Below, piece by piece: positions 46,523 to 55,132 of a DNA stretch of 64,000 nucleotides. The notes under the pieces are model-generated. The model saw only the letters and a program-made list of their open reading frames with translations, ran no database searches and was not told where the DNA came from. The stretch is from Gallionellaceae bacterium UBA2239 (GTDB taxonomy: Bacteria > Pseudomonadota > Gammaproteobacteria > Burkholderiales > UBA9220): NCBI GenBank assembly GCA_002347615.1, contig DDYH01000041.1, positions 26,300 to 90,299 on the forward strand. The letters are read 5' to 3'. The number at the start of each line of letters is the position of its first letter. The first letter of the stretch is position 1. A program made the translations under genes and the position numbers.

Positions 46523-47374
46523 TCAGGCGGTAACCTTAACTTCCAGTCCCAGTCCGGCAATGCGCCGGGCAAAATCCTCCATCCATTCCCGTGGCAGTGC
46601 CGACAGGCGCTCCGCCCCTTTCTGCATCGGTTGCCGCGCCAGTCCGTAGAGCAGCACTCCCCGCAGCGGTGCGCCTTGGCGCAGGGCGTCGGCGACGAAT
46701 TCCAGGTAAGCTTCCAGTTCCGCTTCATCCGGCGGCTGTCCGTCTTCCGCGAACATGCAGGTTTGCAGCCAGGTGGGACACAGGGCCGCCGCGGCGGCAA
46801 GGTTGGCCCGGACCCGGGCAAGGGTGATGCGGCTGCCGTTCACCTTGCGGATGCCCTGTTCCGTGGCCCGGTCCAGTTTGAACCATACCTCTCCCCCCAG
46901 CGCCGCCATGCGCTTCAGCCCCCGCCCCACGTTTCCCCGCTGGACCAGGCTGCCGTTGGTGATCAGCACCAGCCTGATCTTGCCGACCAGGCCGAAATCC
47001 GCCATCACCCGCCCGATCAGTTCCACCACCGGTTCGAATTCGGCGGCGCTGGTGGGCTCGCCATTGCCGGAGAGGGCGATGTCGTTGAGGCGCCGGGCTT
47101 CCGGCGGCACCTGTCGGTCCATGAAGTCGCCGTGGAGGGCTTGCTCCAAAAATCCCCGCAGTTCCTTTTCCAGCAAAGGCAGGTCCACCGGCGGCGCGCT
47201 GCCGCGTTGGAGGGCGGGCACCTGGCAGTAGATACAGCGCCAGTTGCAGGCGTTGTCGGGGTTGAGGTTGATGCCCACCGACACCCCGCCGGCGCGGCGG
47301 GACACCACCGGGTAGACGTAGGTGAGGCCCGCGCTGTCGCGGTCGTGGCGGCTTGGGGTAAGGACCGAAGGCAT
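46523..47374 (-). CDS. radical SAM protein of unassigned function
   Basis: 283 aa; the CNWRCIYC cluster motif is followed by SGNGEPT. It is not the QueE-type motif. Confidence 0.8.
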   Translation of the reverse strand: MPSVLTPSRHDRDSAGLTYVYPVVSRRAGGVSVGINLNPDNACNWRCIYCQVPALQRGSAPPVDLPLLEKELRGFLEQALHGDFMDRQVPPEARRLNDIALSGNGEPTSAAEFEPVVELIGRVMADFGLVGKIRLVLITNGSLVQRGNVGRGLKRMAALGGEVWFKLDRATEQGIRKVNGSRITLARVRANLAAAAALCPTWLQTCMFAEDGQPPDEAELEAYLEFVADALRQGAPLRGVLLYGLARQPMQKGAERLSALPREWMEDFARRIAGLGLEVKVTA

Positions 47375-47442
47375 AAGGCCAATTCTACCCGCCGGCGGGG
47401 TGGGTGTATAATGGGCCGCTTTCCCCCGATTCCTTCACTCCC

Positions 47443-47892
47443 ATGCGCATCACCCGCAGACTCGAATTCGACGCCGGCCATCGCATTCCCAACCACAAGA
47501 GCCAGTGCCGGCATCTCCACGGCCATCGCTACGCCATCGAGATCACCCTTTCGGGGGAGATCATCGCCGCCGCCGGCGCCTCCGAGGAGGGGATGGTGAT
47601 GGACTTCGGCGACGTGAAGGAAATCGCCAAACGCCAAGTGGTGGACGCCTGGGACCACGCCTTCCTGGTCTACTCCGGCGATCGGGAAGTCATGGACTTC
47701 CTGCGCGCCTTGCCGGACCACAAGACGGTGGTGCTGGATGTGGTGCCCACCGCCGAGAACCTGGCCCTGGCCGCCTTCCGCCTGCTGGACCCCGCCTACC
47801 GGGACGTTTACGGCAACCGCTTGCGCCTGGAGCGGGTGCGCCTGTACGAAACCCCCAACAACTGGGCCGACGCCATCCGGGACGACGCCTGA
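47443..47892 (+). CDS. queD: 6-carboxy-5,6,7,8-tetrahydropterin synthase
   Basis: Start at MRITRRLEFDAGH. It has CRHLHGHRY and MVMDFGDVK motifs. Confidence 0.9.
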   Translation: MRITRRLEFDAGHRIPNHKSQCRHLHGHRYAIEITLSGEIIAAAGASEEGMVMDFGDVKEIAKRQVVDAWDHAFLVYSGDREVMDFLRALPDHKTVVLDVVPTAENLALAAFRLLDPAYRDVYGNRLRLERVRLYETPNNWADAIRDDA

Positions 47893-47959
47893 GAATACTG
47901 AACTGCGGAGAACGCAGACGGTGCGGCGGTTTCTCCCTCCTCCCCCTCGACTGAAGAAG

Positions 47960-48292
47960 GAGCGTTGTTTAGCCGCCCTGGACGGGCTCCAGCTTTTTAC
48001 GCGCATGCCGTTGCTGGCGGAGCCGACCGTTAATTCTCGGGCGGCGCAAGTTCGAAAAGAAGATCGCCGCCACAAGCTTCTCGGTCGATCAAGTCGTGGG
48101 TCGCTACGCGGAGTTGGCTACGGTGGCGCGGCCGATATCCATTCCGCGTATCGCGGCCGATCCTGACGATGGCGTGGTAATCGGCACGGCACTTGCTGCC
48201 AAGGCAAATGGATCGTCACCGGAGATCGGCCCTTGCTCTCCGTCACCGCCTATCAGAACGTGAGCATCTTCGGCGCCAATGAAGCTGTGCAA
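47960..48292 (+). pseudogene. PIN-family toxin gene remnant (TIGR00305-like), N-terminally truncated and frameshifted
   Basis: Own translation gives LFTRMPLLAEPTV, then ILGRRKFEKK...IAADPDDGVVIGTALAAKAN, then (I)VTGDRPLLSVTAYQNVSIFGANEAVQ, in shifting frames. Confidence 0.5.
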
Positions 48293-48294
48293 GC

Positions 48295-48510
48295 CACGCC
48301 GAAGTCGCCTTTGAGCGTCTTCCGGCTCTTGCCGTTGCGGGTGTTGCCGGCTGGGTTGGCTACCGGCTCATGCTTGCCGTGGCCCCGGTGCTCGGCCATC
48401 TCGGCTTGCGGCACTTTTTCCGCCAAGGCCTTGGTGAGTTGCTTTAGCAGCCCGTGCTCGCCGATCAGGTCTTCCGGTTTCTAGTAGTCGGCCAGCCCCC
48501 GACATCCAAT
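48295..48510 (-). pseudogene. IS256-family transposase N-terminal fragment
   Basis: Own minus-strand translation gives KPEDLIGEHGLLKQLTKALAEKVPQAEMAEHRGHGKHEPVANPAGNTRNGKSRKTLKGDFG, preceded by an in-frame stop. No DDE domain is present. Confidence 0.6.
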
Positions 48511-48566
48511 TAACCCGCGCGAAGCGCGACAAAACCCAAAGCAGCAGGCGAGGTCGCCTGCAAAGC

Positions 48567-49445
48567 TCAGGGATGCTCCTCGATGGACTCCACGTGAATG
48601 GTGATGCTGGCTTTGGGAAAAGCCGTTTCGATGGCGGTCTCGATGCGGTCGCACAGGTGGTGGGCGTCGGTGACGCTGGTGCCGCCGGGAAGCAGCAGGT
48701 GGAGTTCGGCGAAGCGTCGGGGCCCCGACTTGCGGGTCTTGAGGTCGTGGAAACTGGCGTTGCCGGGTATCTCGCTCCGGATGGCGGCTTCGATCTGCAC
48801 CACTTCGTTCGCCGGCAGGGCGGCATCCATCAGGCCGTCCCAGGAGCGGCGGATGAGGCTGATGCCGGTGTAGACGATGTTGAGGCCCATGGCCACCGCC
48901 ATGATGGGGTCCAGTATCTGCCACTGGGGCGGCGCGAACATCACCACCAGCAGGCCGGCGACGATGCCCGCCGAAGTCCACACGTCGGTCATCAGGTGCT
49001 GGGCGTCGGCTTCCAGGGTGATGCTGTCGTGGCGTTTGGCGGCCTTCATCAGGGCCACGGCGACGCCGTAGTTGATGGCCGCCGCCACCAGGGAGATTCC
49101 CAGGCCCAGGCCAAGCTGGTGCAGGGGGGCGGGGTGGATGAAGCGCTCCACGGCGGCGTAGATGATGGAAATGGCCGCCACCAGGATCAGGCCCCCCTCC
49201 ATGCCGCTGGAGAAATATTCCGCCTTGTCGTGGCCGTAGGCGTGGCCACTGTCGGCGGGGCGGGCCGCGATGGTGAGGGCGGCCAGGGCGACGAAGCCCG
49301 CCGTCAGGTTCACCACCGATTCCGCCGCATCGGAGAACAGACTGACCGAGCCGGTGAGGAAGTAGGCGCCGAATTTCAGCACCAGGGTGGCGACGGAGGC
49401 GGCGATGGAAAGCCAGGCCATGCGTTGGGGTTGGGTGGGGGACAT
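48567..49445 (-). CDS. cation diffusion facilitator family transporter
   Basis: 292 aa; six TM helices, SLFSDAAESV and HAYGHDKAE motifs, and a C-terminal cytoplasmic domain. Confidence 0.9.
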   Translation of the reverse strand: MSPTQPQRMAWLSIAASVATLVLKFGAYFLTGSVSLFSDAAESVVNLTAGFVALAALTIAARPADSGHAYGHDKAEYFSSGMEGGLILVAAISIIYAAVERFIHPAPLHQLGLGLGISLVAAAINYGVAVALMKAAKRHDSITLEADAQHLMTDVWTSAGIVAGLLVVMFAPPQWQILDPIMAVAMGLNIVYTGISLIRRSWDGLMDAALPANEVVQIEAAIRSEIPGNASFHDLKTRKSGPRRFAELHLLLPGGTSVTDAHHLCDRIETAIETAFPKASITIHVESIEEHP

Positions 49446-49475
49446 GATTTATCTCAATCCATAAAACGGCTTTTT

Positions 49476-49696
49476 ACCGCAGAGGACGCGGAGGAAAAGC
49501 GAAATCAATTACTGTGGTTCGTATAAATTCCGGACTCATCAACCTTGCCGTTCGCCCTGAGGTATCGAAGGGTGAATGGCCGGCACCGAGCGCCCGTTCA
49601 TGGTTCGATACCTCACCACGAACGGGGTGGCGGGTGTCCTTTGCCTTGACGAAATTCAATCATAAACCCTCTGCGTCCCTCCGCGTCCTTCGCGGT
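49476..49696. repeat. 221-bp MITE-like element: 19-nt terminal inverted repeats enclosing a 78-nt internal hairpin, no ORF
   Basis: 49476-49494 (accgcagaggacgcggagg) matches the reverse complement of 49678-49696 (accgcgaaggacgcggagg) at 17/19. The inner hairpin at 49548-49625 pairs ccgttcg and tgaggtatcgaa with ttcgatacctca and cgaacgg. Confidence 0.55.
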
Positions 49697-49711
49697 TCAA
49701 GATGTTCCACG

Positions 49712-51034
49712 TCAATGCAGCTTGATCCTCGGCTCGGTGCGGCGGTTGATCAGGCGCGCCAGGGTGTCCAGCACCACGCGCCAGAACCCGTGCAGCGCCA
49801 GGAGGTGCATCTTGTAGAGGGAAATATACATCAGGCGGGCGAAATGGCCTTCCACCATGATGCTGCCCCCGGTAAGCCCCCCCATCAGGTTGCCTACCGT
49901 GCTGTATTCCCCCAGGGACACCAGTGAGCCGAAGTCCCGGTACTGGAAGGGCGAAAGCGGCTGGCCCCTGACCCGGCGGGTGATGTTCTTCACCAGCAGG
50001 CTGGCCTGCTGGTGGGCGGCCTGGGCGCGGGGCGGGACGGTTTGTTCCCGGCCTTGCCAGCGGCAGGCGGCGCAGTCGCCGAAGGCGAAGATGGCCTCGT
50101 CCCGGCTGGATTGCAGGGTGGGGCCGACCACCAATTGGTTGATGCGGTTGGTTTCCAGGCCCTCGATGTCCTTGAGGAAATCCGGCGCCTTGATGCCCGC
50201 CGCCCATACCACCAGCTCGGCGGGGTAGAAGCCCCCGCCTTGGGTGTGCACCCCTTCGGCGGTAACGCCGGTGACGCGGGTGCCGGTATGGACTTCCACC
50301 TTGAGCTTGGTCAGTTCCGCCTGGGTGGCGAGGGACAGGCGGGGAGGGAGGGCGGGCAGGATGCGGTCCGAGGCTTCGATGATGCTCAGGCGCACGTCCC
50401 GTTCCGGGTCGATCTTGTCCAGGCCGTAGGCGGCCAGTTCCCGGGTGGACTTGTGCAGTTCCGCCGCCAGTTCCACCCCGGTGGCGCCGGCGCCGATGAT
50501 CACCACCTTCAGTTGGCCGGGGCGCAGGGGCCCGGCCTGGGTGTTGGCCTGGATGCAGGCGTTGACCAGCTTCTTATGGAAGCGGTCCGCTTCCCGTGTG
50601 GTGTCCAGGGCCGTGGCGTATTCCTTCACGCCGGGGGTGCCGAAGTCGTTGCTGATGCTGCCGACGCAGATCACCAGCGTGTCGTAGCGGAACACCCGGC
50701 GGGGGACGATTTCCCGTCCTTCCTCATCGAAGGTGGAGGCCACGTGGACTTCCTTCTTCGCCTGGTCCAGGCCGTCCATGGCGCCCAGGCGGAAGTGGAA
50801 ATGGTGCCAGCGGGACTGGGCCATGTAGTCCAGTTCGTGGTCGTCGATGTCCAGGCTGCCGGCCGCGGCCTGGTGCAGCAGGGGTTTCCACAGGTGGGTG
50901 CGGGACGGGTCGATGAGGGTGATTTCGGCGCGCTTTTTCCGGCCCAGGGTGTCCCCCAGGCGGGTGGCCAGTTCCAGGCCGCCGGCGCCGCCGCCGACAA
51001 TGACGATTTGGTGAAGGGAGGTTGTGGCGTTCAT
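49712..51034 (-). CDS. ndh: type II NADH dehydrogenase (NDH-2)
   Basis: 440 aa; two dinucleotide folds (IVIVGGGAGG, VVIIGAGATGVE) and an FAFGDCAA motif. Confidence 0.92.
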   Translation of the reverse strand: MNATTSLHQIVIVGGGAGGLELATRLGDTLGRKKRAEITLIDPSRTHLWKPLLHQAAAGSLDIDDHELDYMAQSRWHHFHFRLGAMDGLDQAKKEVHVASTFDEEGREIVPRRVFRYDTLVICVGSISNDFGTPGVKEYATALDTTREADRFHKKLVNACIQANTQAGPLRPGQLKVVIIGAGATGVELAAELHKSTRELAAYGLDKIDPERDVRLSIIEASDRILPALPPRLSLATQAELTKLKVEVHTGTRVTGVTAEGVHTQGGGFYPAELVVWAAGIKAPDFLKDIEGLETNRINQLVVGPTLQSSRDEAIFAFGDCAACRWQGREQTVPPRAQAAHQQASLLVKNITRRVRGQPLSPFQYRDFGSLVSLGEYSTVGNLMGGLTGGSIMVEGHFARLMYISLYKMHLLALHGFWRVVLDTLARLINRRTEPRIKLH

Positions 51035-51054
51035 GGGACCATTTTAGTTAGGGA

Positions 51055-51144
51055 TGGCGGAAGGTGTGAGATTCGAACTCACGGTGCCGTTGCCGACACG
51101 CCGGTTTTCAAGACCGGTGCATTAAACCGCTCTGCCAACCTTCC
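51055..51144 (-). tRNA. tRNA-Ser (anticodon UGA)
   Basis: The reverse complement GGAAGGTTGGCAGAGCGGTTTAATGCACCGGTCTTGAAAACCGG... has a long variable arm, a GAGTTCGAATCTC T arm, and encoded CCA. Confidence 0.9.
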
Positions 51145-51260
51145 ATCAAAACTGAAGCGTGCCGGTTTTAGCGCCGACTAACCTGAAGGTTAGTCGGCGC
51201 TGGCGTAAGCTTTGCGCGTACGCCAAGACCGGTGCAATCGACCAATTCTGCCGCGCTTCC
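51145..51260 (-). pseudogene. tRNA-Ser-like 5-prime half (acceptor strand, D arm, anticodon arm) interrupted by 53 nt; no T arm
   Basis: Minus strand reads GGAAGCGCGGCAGAATTGGTCGATTGCACCGGTCTTG [53 nt] AAAACCGGC. The flanking parts reproduce the anticodon arm of the adjacent tRNA-Ser(UGA) exactly. The insert contains a perfect 14-bp stem (51170-51201). Confidence 0.5.
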
Positions 51261-51467
51261 GTAATTCATTGCAGGAGCGACCTGTGAGGAGGCCTCTGCG
51301 AAATGCTTGCTCAATCCACCCATTGAAAGTGTGTCGGGTCAACGGGTGACGAACAGAAACCAAAAAGTGTGTCCCAGAACCGCTTTGGGGTTTTTGTTTG
51401 CGCCGAATGATACCTTTTTGCGCCCCCCCTTGGCTAGCCGCGCTTGGAGGGCCATGGGGCTGGAGCT

Positions 51468-51496
51468 GTTTACCGGCGGGCACTTAATGCGTATAA
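51468..51496 (+). promoter_or_regulatory. candidate sigma-70 promoter of guaB
   Basis: tttacc-N17-tataat, with an AAGGA Shine-Dalgarno at 51511 and the ATG at 51524. Confidence 0.45.
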
Positions 51497-51523
51497 TGTT
51501 CTTTTGGAATCAAGGATAAAACA

Positions 51524-52984
51524 ATGCGCATTCTCCAGAAGGCCCTGACGTTCGATGACGTCCTTCTCGTCCCCGCCCATTCCGCCATTCTTCCCCGCGA
51601 TGTCAGCCTGAAGACCCGGCTCACGCGGGGCATCGAATTGAACATTCCCCTGGTGTCCGCCGCCATGGACACCGTGACCGAAGCCCGGTTGGCCATCGCC
51701 ATCGCCCAGGAAGGCGGCGTCGGCATCATCCACAAGAACATGACCGCCCAGGCCCAGGCCGCCGAGGTTTCCAAGGTGAAGCGTTTCGAAAGCGGCGTGC
51801 TCAAGGACCCGGTGACCATTTCCCCCGACATGCTGGTGCGCGACGTGCTGGCGATCACCCGGCAGCACAAGATTTCCGGCCTGCCGGTGGTGGAAGGCAA
51901 GAAGGTGGTGGGCATCGTCACCAACCGCGACCTGCGTTTCGAAACCAATCTCGACCAGCCGGTGAAGGCCATCATGACCCCCCGCGACCGCCTGGTGACG
52001 GTGAAGGAAGGCTCCAACCCCGAGGAAGCCAAGGCCCTGATGCACAAGCATCGCCTGGAGCGGGTGCTGGTGGTCAACGACGCTTTCGATCTGTGCGGCC
52101 TGATTACCGTCAAGGACATCCAGAAATCCACCGAACACCCCAACGCCTGCAAGGACGCCATGGGCCGCCTGCGTGCCGGCGCCGCCGTCGGCGTGGGCGA
52201 GGGCACCGAAGAGCGCGTCGAGCTGCTGGCCGGCGCCGGCGTGGACGTGATCGTGGTGGACACCGCCCACGGCCACTCCCAGGGCGTGCTGGACCGGGTG
52301 CAGTGGGTCAAAAAGAATTTCCCCCAAGTGCAGGTCATCGGCGGCAACATCGCCACCGGCGACGCGGCCCGGGCCCTGATGGACATGGGCGCCGACGCGG
52401 TGAAAGTGGGCATCGGCCCCGGCTCCATCTGCACCACCCGCATCGTGGCCGGCGTGGGCGTGCCCCAGATCACCGCCGTGGCCAACGTGGTGGAAGCCCT
52501 CAAGGGCACCGGGGTGGCGGTGATCGCCGACGGCGGCATCCGCTACTCCGGCGACATTTCCAAGGCCATCGCCGCCGGCGCCGACTGCGTGATGCTGGGC
52601 GGCCTGTTCGCCGGCACCGAAGAAGCGCCGGGCGAAATCGAACTGTTCCAGGGCCGCTCCTACAAGTCCTACCGCGGCATGGGCTCCCTGGGCGCCATGC
52701 AGCAGGGCTCCAAGGACCGCTACTTCCAGGACGCCGAAGGCAACGCCGACAAGCTGGTCCCCGAAGGCATCGAAGGCCGCGTCGCCTACAAGGGCAGCGT
52801 GCTGGGCGTGATCCACCAGCTGATGGGCGGCCTGCGTTCCTCCATGGGCTACCTGGGCTGCGCCACCATCGCCGACGTGCACGCCAAGGCCGGTTTCATG
52901 GAGATCAGCTCCGCCGGCATGCGCGAGTCCCACGTCCACGACGTGCAAATCACCAAGGAAGCGCCCAACTACCACGTGGAGTAA
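51524..52984 (+). CDS. guaB: IMP dehydrogenase
   Basis: 486 aa; [11 protein letters not shown], a CBS pair, and the catalytic loop [11 protein letters not shown]. Confidence 0.97.
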   Translation: MRILQKALTFDDVLLVPAHSAILPRDVSLKTRLTRGIELNIPLVSAAMDTVTEARLAIAIAQEGGVGIIHKNMTAQAQAAEVSKVKRFESGVLKDPVTISPDMLVRDVLAITRQHKISGLPVVEGKKVVGIVTNRDLRFETNLDQPVKAIMTPRDRLVTVKEGSNPEEAKALMHKHRLERVLVVNDAFDLCGLITVKDIQKSTEHPNACKDAMGRLRAGAAVGVGEGTEERVELLAGAGVDVIVVDTAHGHSQGVLDRVQWVKKNFPQVQVIGGNIATGDAARALMDMGADAVKVGIGPGSICTTRIVAGVGVPQITAVANVVEALKGTGVAVIADGGIRYSGDISKAIAAGADCVMLGGLFAGTEEAPGEIELFQGRSYKSYRGMGSLGAMQQGSKDRYFQDAEGNADKLVPEGIEGRVAYKGSVLGVIHQLMGGLRSSMGYLGCATIADVHAKAGFMEISSAGMRESHVHDVQITKEAPNYHVE

Positions 52985-52987
52985 AGC

Positions 52988-53415
52988 AGGGACTAGGGGA
53001 TAGGGACTGGGGGCTAGTATGCCGCTGCGGGATTATCGGGAACTTACGGTATGGCAAGCGGCAATGGAACTGGCTGAAAGAATCTACGCCCTGACGACCT
53101 GTTTTCCAAAAACGGAACAATTTGGTTTAAGCAGTCAGATTCAGCGGGCTGCGGTATCGGTTCCATCGAATATCGCTGAGGGTCACGCAAGAGATTCCAC
53201 TAAGGAATACTTGCGTTTCATCTCGGTGTCGATGGGCTCGCTAGCCGAATTGGAAACCCAGTTGTTGCTAGCGCAACGGCTGAATTATCTTCAACCCGGA
53301 GAAATCGCAGGGACGATGGAGTTGGCGGCAGAAGTGGGCCGAATGTTGCGCGGACTACAAAAGTCGCCACGCAGCAAATTAGCCCCTAGCCCCTAGCCCC
53401 TAGCCCCTAGCCCCT
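52988..53415. mobile_element. 428-bp cassette bounded by heptamer-repeat inverted repeats carrying one four-helix-bundle gene
   Basis: The left end at 52988-53017 has four units: agggact, aggggat, agggact, gggggct. The right end at 53381-53415 is five copies of agcccct, the reverse complement of aggggct. About 25/29 arm matches. Confidence 0.55.
53019..53396 (+). CDS. four-helix-bundle protein (23S rRNA intervening-sequence protein / Avd family)
   Basis: 125 aa; YRELTVWQAAMELAERIY, SQIQRAAVSVPSNIAEGHAR, and GSLAELETQLLLA motifs. The C-terminal APSP and the stop are encoded by the repeat. Confidence 0.85.
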   Translation: MPLRDYRELTVWQAAMELAERIYALTTCFPKTEQFGLSSQIQRAAVSVPSNIAEGHARDSTKEYLRFISVSMGSLAELETQLLLAQRLNYLQPGEIAGTMELAAEVGRMLRGLQKSPRSKLAPSP

Positions 53416-53419
53416 GACT

Positions 53420-54985
53420 ATGGCCCACCAGAAGATTCTCATCCTCGATTTCGGTTCCCAGTACACCCAGCTCATCGCCCGCCGCGTGCGGGAAGCCAGC
53501 GTCTATTGCGAGCTGCACCCCTACGACGTCACCGAGCAGTTCATCCGCGACTTCAACCCCGCCGGCGTCATCCTTTCCGGCGGCCCCGCCTCGGTGTACG
53601 AGGAAGAAACGCCCCGCGCTCCCGACGTGGTGTTCCAGCTCGGCGTTCCGGTGCTGGGCATCTGCTACGGCATGCAGACCATGGCGGCCCAGCTGGGGGG
53701 CAAAGTGGAGAACGCCGCCAAGCGCGAGTTCGGCTACGCCGAAGTGCGCGCCCACGGCCACACCGCGCTGCTGAAGGACATCCAGGACCGCACCGGCGCC
53801 GACGGCGAGGGCTGGCTGGACGTGTGGATGAGCCACGGCGACAAAGTCACCGAGCTACCCGCCGGCTTCAAGGTCATCTGCGAAAACGCCGCCACCCCCA
53901 TCGCCGGCATGGCGGACGAATCCCGCAAGTTCTACGCCCTCCAGTTCCACCCCGAAGTGACCCACACCCTCCAGGGCAAGGCCCTGCTCCAGCGCTTCGT
54001 GCACGACATCTGCGCCTGCGGCTCCGACTGGAACATGCCCGACTACGTGGACGAAGCCATCGGCAAGGTGCGCTCCGAAGTGGGCGCCGACGAAGTGATT
54101 CTGGGCCTCTCCGGCGGCGTGGACTCCTCCGTGGTGGCGGCGCTGTTGCACCGTGCCATCGGCACCCAGCTCACCTGCGTGTTCGTGGACAACGGCCTGC
54201 TGCGCCTGAACGAGGCCGAGCAGGTGATGGAAACCTTCGCCCAGAACCTGGGCGTGAGGGTCATCCACGTGGACGCCCGCGAACGCTTCATGAACGAACT
54301 GGCCGGCGTCACCGACCCGGAGCAGAAGCGCAAGATCATCGGCCGCGAGTTCGTCCACGTGTTCCAGGAAGAAGCCGAAAAGCTGCCCAAGGCCAAGTGG
54401 CTGGCCCAGGGCACCATCTACCCGGACGTGATCGAATCCGCCGGCTCCAAGACCAAGAAGGCCCACACCATCAAGTCCCACCACAACGTGGGCGGCCTGC
54501 CGGATACCCTGCACCTGAAACTGCTGGAACCCCTGCGGGAACTGTTCAAGGACGAGGTGCGGGAACTGGGCCTGGCCTTAGGGCTGCCCCACGACATGGT
54601 GTTCCGCCACCCCTTCCCCGGCCCCGGCCTGGGGGTTCGCATCCTGGGCGAAGTGAAGCGGGAGTTCGCCGACTTGCTCAGAAAAGCGGACCACATCTTC
54701 ATCGAAGAATTGCGCGCCGCCGGCTGGTACGAGAAAACCTCCCAGGCCTTCGCCGTGTTCCTGCCGGTGAAGAGCGTGGGCGTGATGGGCGACGGCCGCA
54801 CCTACGACTACGTGGTCGCCCTGCGCGCCGTCCAGACCTCCGACTTCATGACCGCCCACTGGGCCGAACTGCCCTATTCTTTGCTGGGCAAGGTGTCCAA
54901 CCGCATCATCAACGAAGTGCGCGGCATCAACCGGGTGGTCTACGACATCTGCGGCAAGCCGCCTGCCACGATTGAGTGGGAATAA
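53420..54985 (+). CDS. guaA: GMP synthase (glutamine-hydrolysing)
   Basis: 521 aa; GATase domain (ILGICYGMQ) and ATP-PPase P-loop SGGVDSSV, ending [10 protein letters not shown]. Confidence 0.97.
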   Translation: MAHQKILILDFGSQYTQLIARRVREASVYCELHPYDVTEQFIRDFNPAGVILSGGPASVYEEETPRAPDVVFQLGVPVLGICYGMQTMAAQLGGKVENAAKREFGYAEVRAHGHTALLKDIQDRTGADGEGWLDVWMSHGDKVTELPAGFKVICENAATPIAGMADESRKFYALQFHPEVTHTLQGKALLQRFVHDICACGSDWNMPDYVDEAIGKVRSEVGADEVILGLSGGVDSSVVAALLHRAIGTQLTCVFVDNGLLRLNEAEQVMETFAQNLGVRVIHVDARERFMNELAGVTDPEQKRKIIGREFVHVFQEEAEKLPKAKWLAQGTIYPDVIESAGSKTKKAHTIKSHHNVGGLPDTLHLKLLEPLRELFKDEVRELGLALGLPHDMVFRHPFPGPGLGVRILGEVKREFADLLRKADHIFIEELRAAGWYEKTSQAFAVFLPVKSVGVMGDGRTYDYVVALRAVQTSDFMTAHWAELPYSLLGKVSNRIINEVRGINRVVYDICGKPPATIEWE

Positions 54986-55132
54986 CCTCCTTCGGAGGGC
55001 GGAGCAGGGGCCCCGCGCAGCGGGGATGCGACTCCACGGGAGGGATGCCCGCGAATGCCCGGGCGAGCGACACCGAAGGATAATAGAAGATGGCCGTGCT
55101 AATTATTGGCACGATCGTGCTATAATTTGGCC

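Noticed and set aside
51170-51222. The 53-nt insert in the tRNA-Ser-like fragment as a self-splicing group I intron.
   Set aside because: It is far too short for a group I catalytic core (known bacterial tRNA introns are about 200 nt or more). The host fragment also lacks a T arm and a 3-prime acceptor, so no functional tRNA could result.
51190-51483. The 97-aa minus-strand ORF between tRNA-Ser and guaB.
   Set aside because: It has no Shine-Dalgarno, no family resemblance, and it overlaps the predicted guaB promoter. It is more likely a non-coding regulatory spacer.
53019-53396. The four-helix-bundle (Avd-family) gene as part of a diversity-generating retroelement.
   Set aside because: No reverse transcriptase gene and no template/variable repeat pair are visible anywhere in the window.
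52988-53415. The heptamer arrays at 52988-53415 and the decamer arrays at 3066-3492 as a CRISPR array.
   Set aside because: The repeat units are only 7-10 nt, directly tandem with no spacers. They occur as two inverted blocks around a gene. No cas genes are present.
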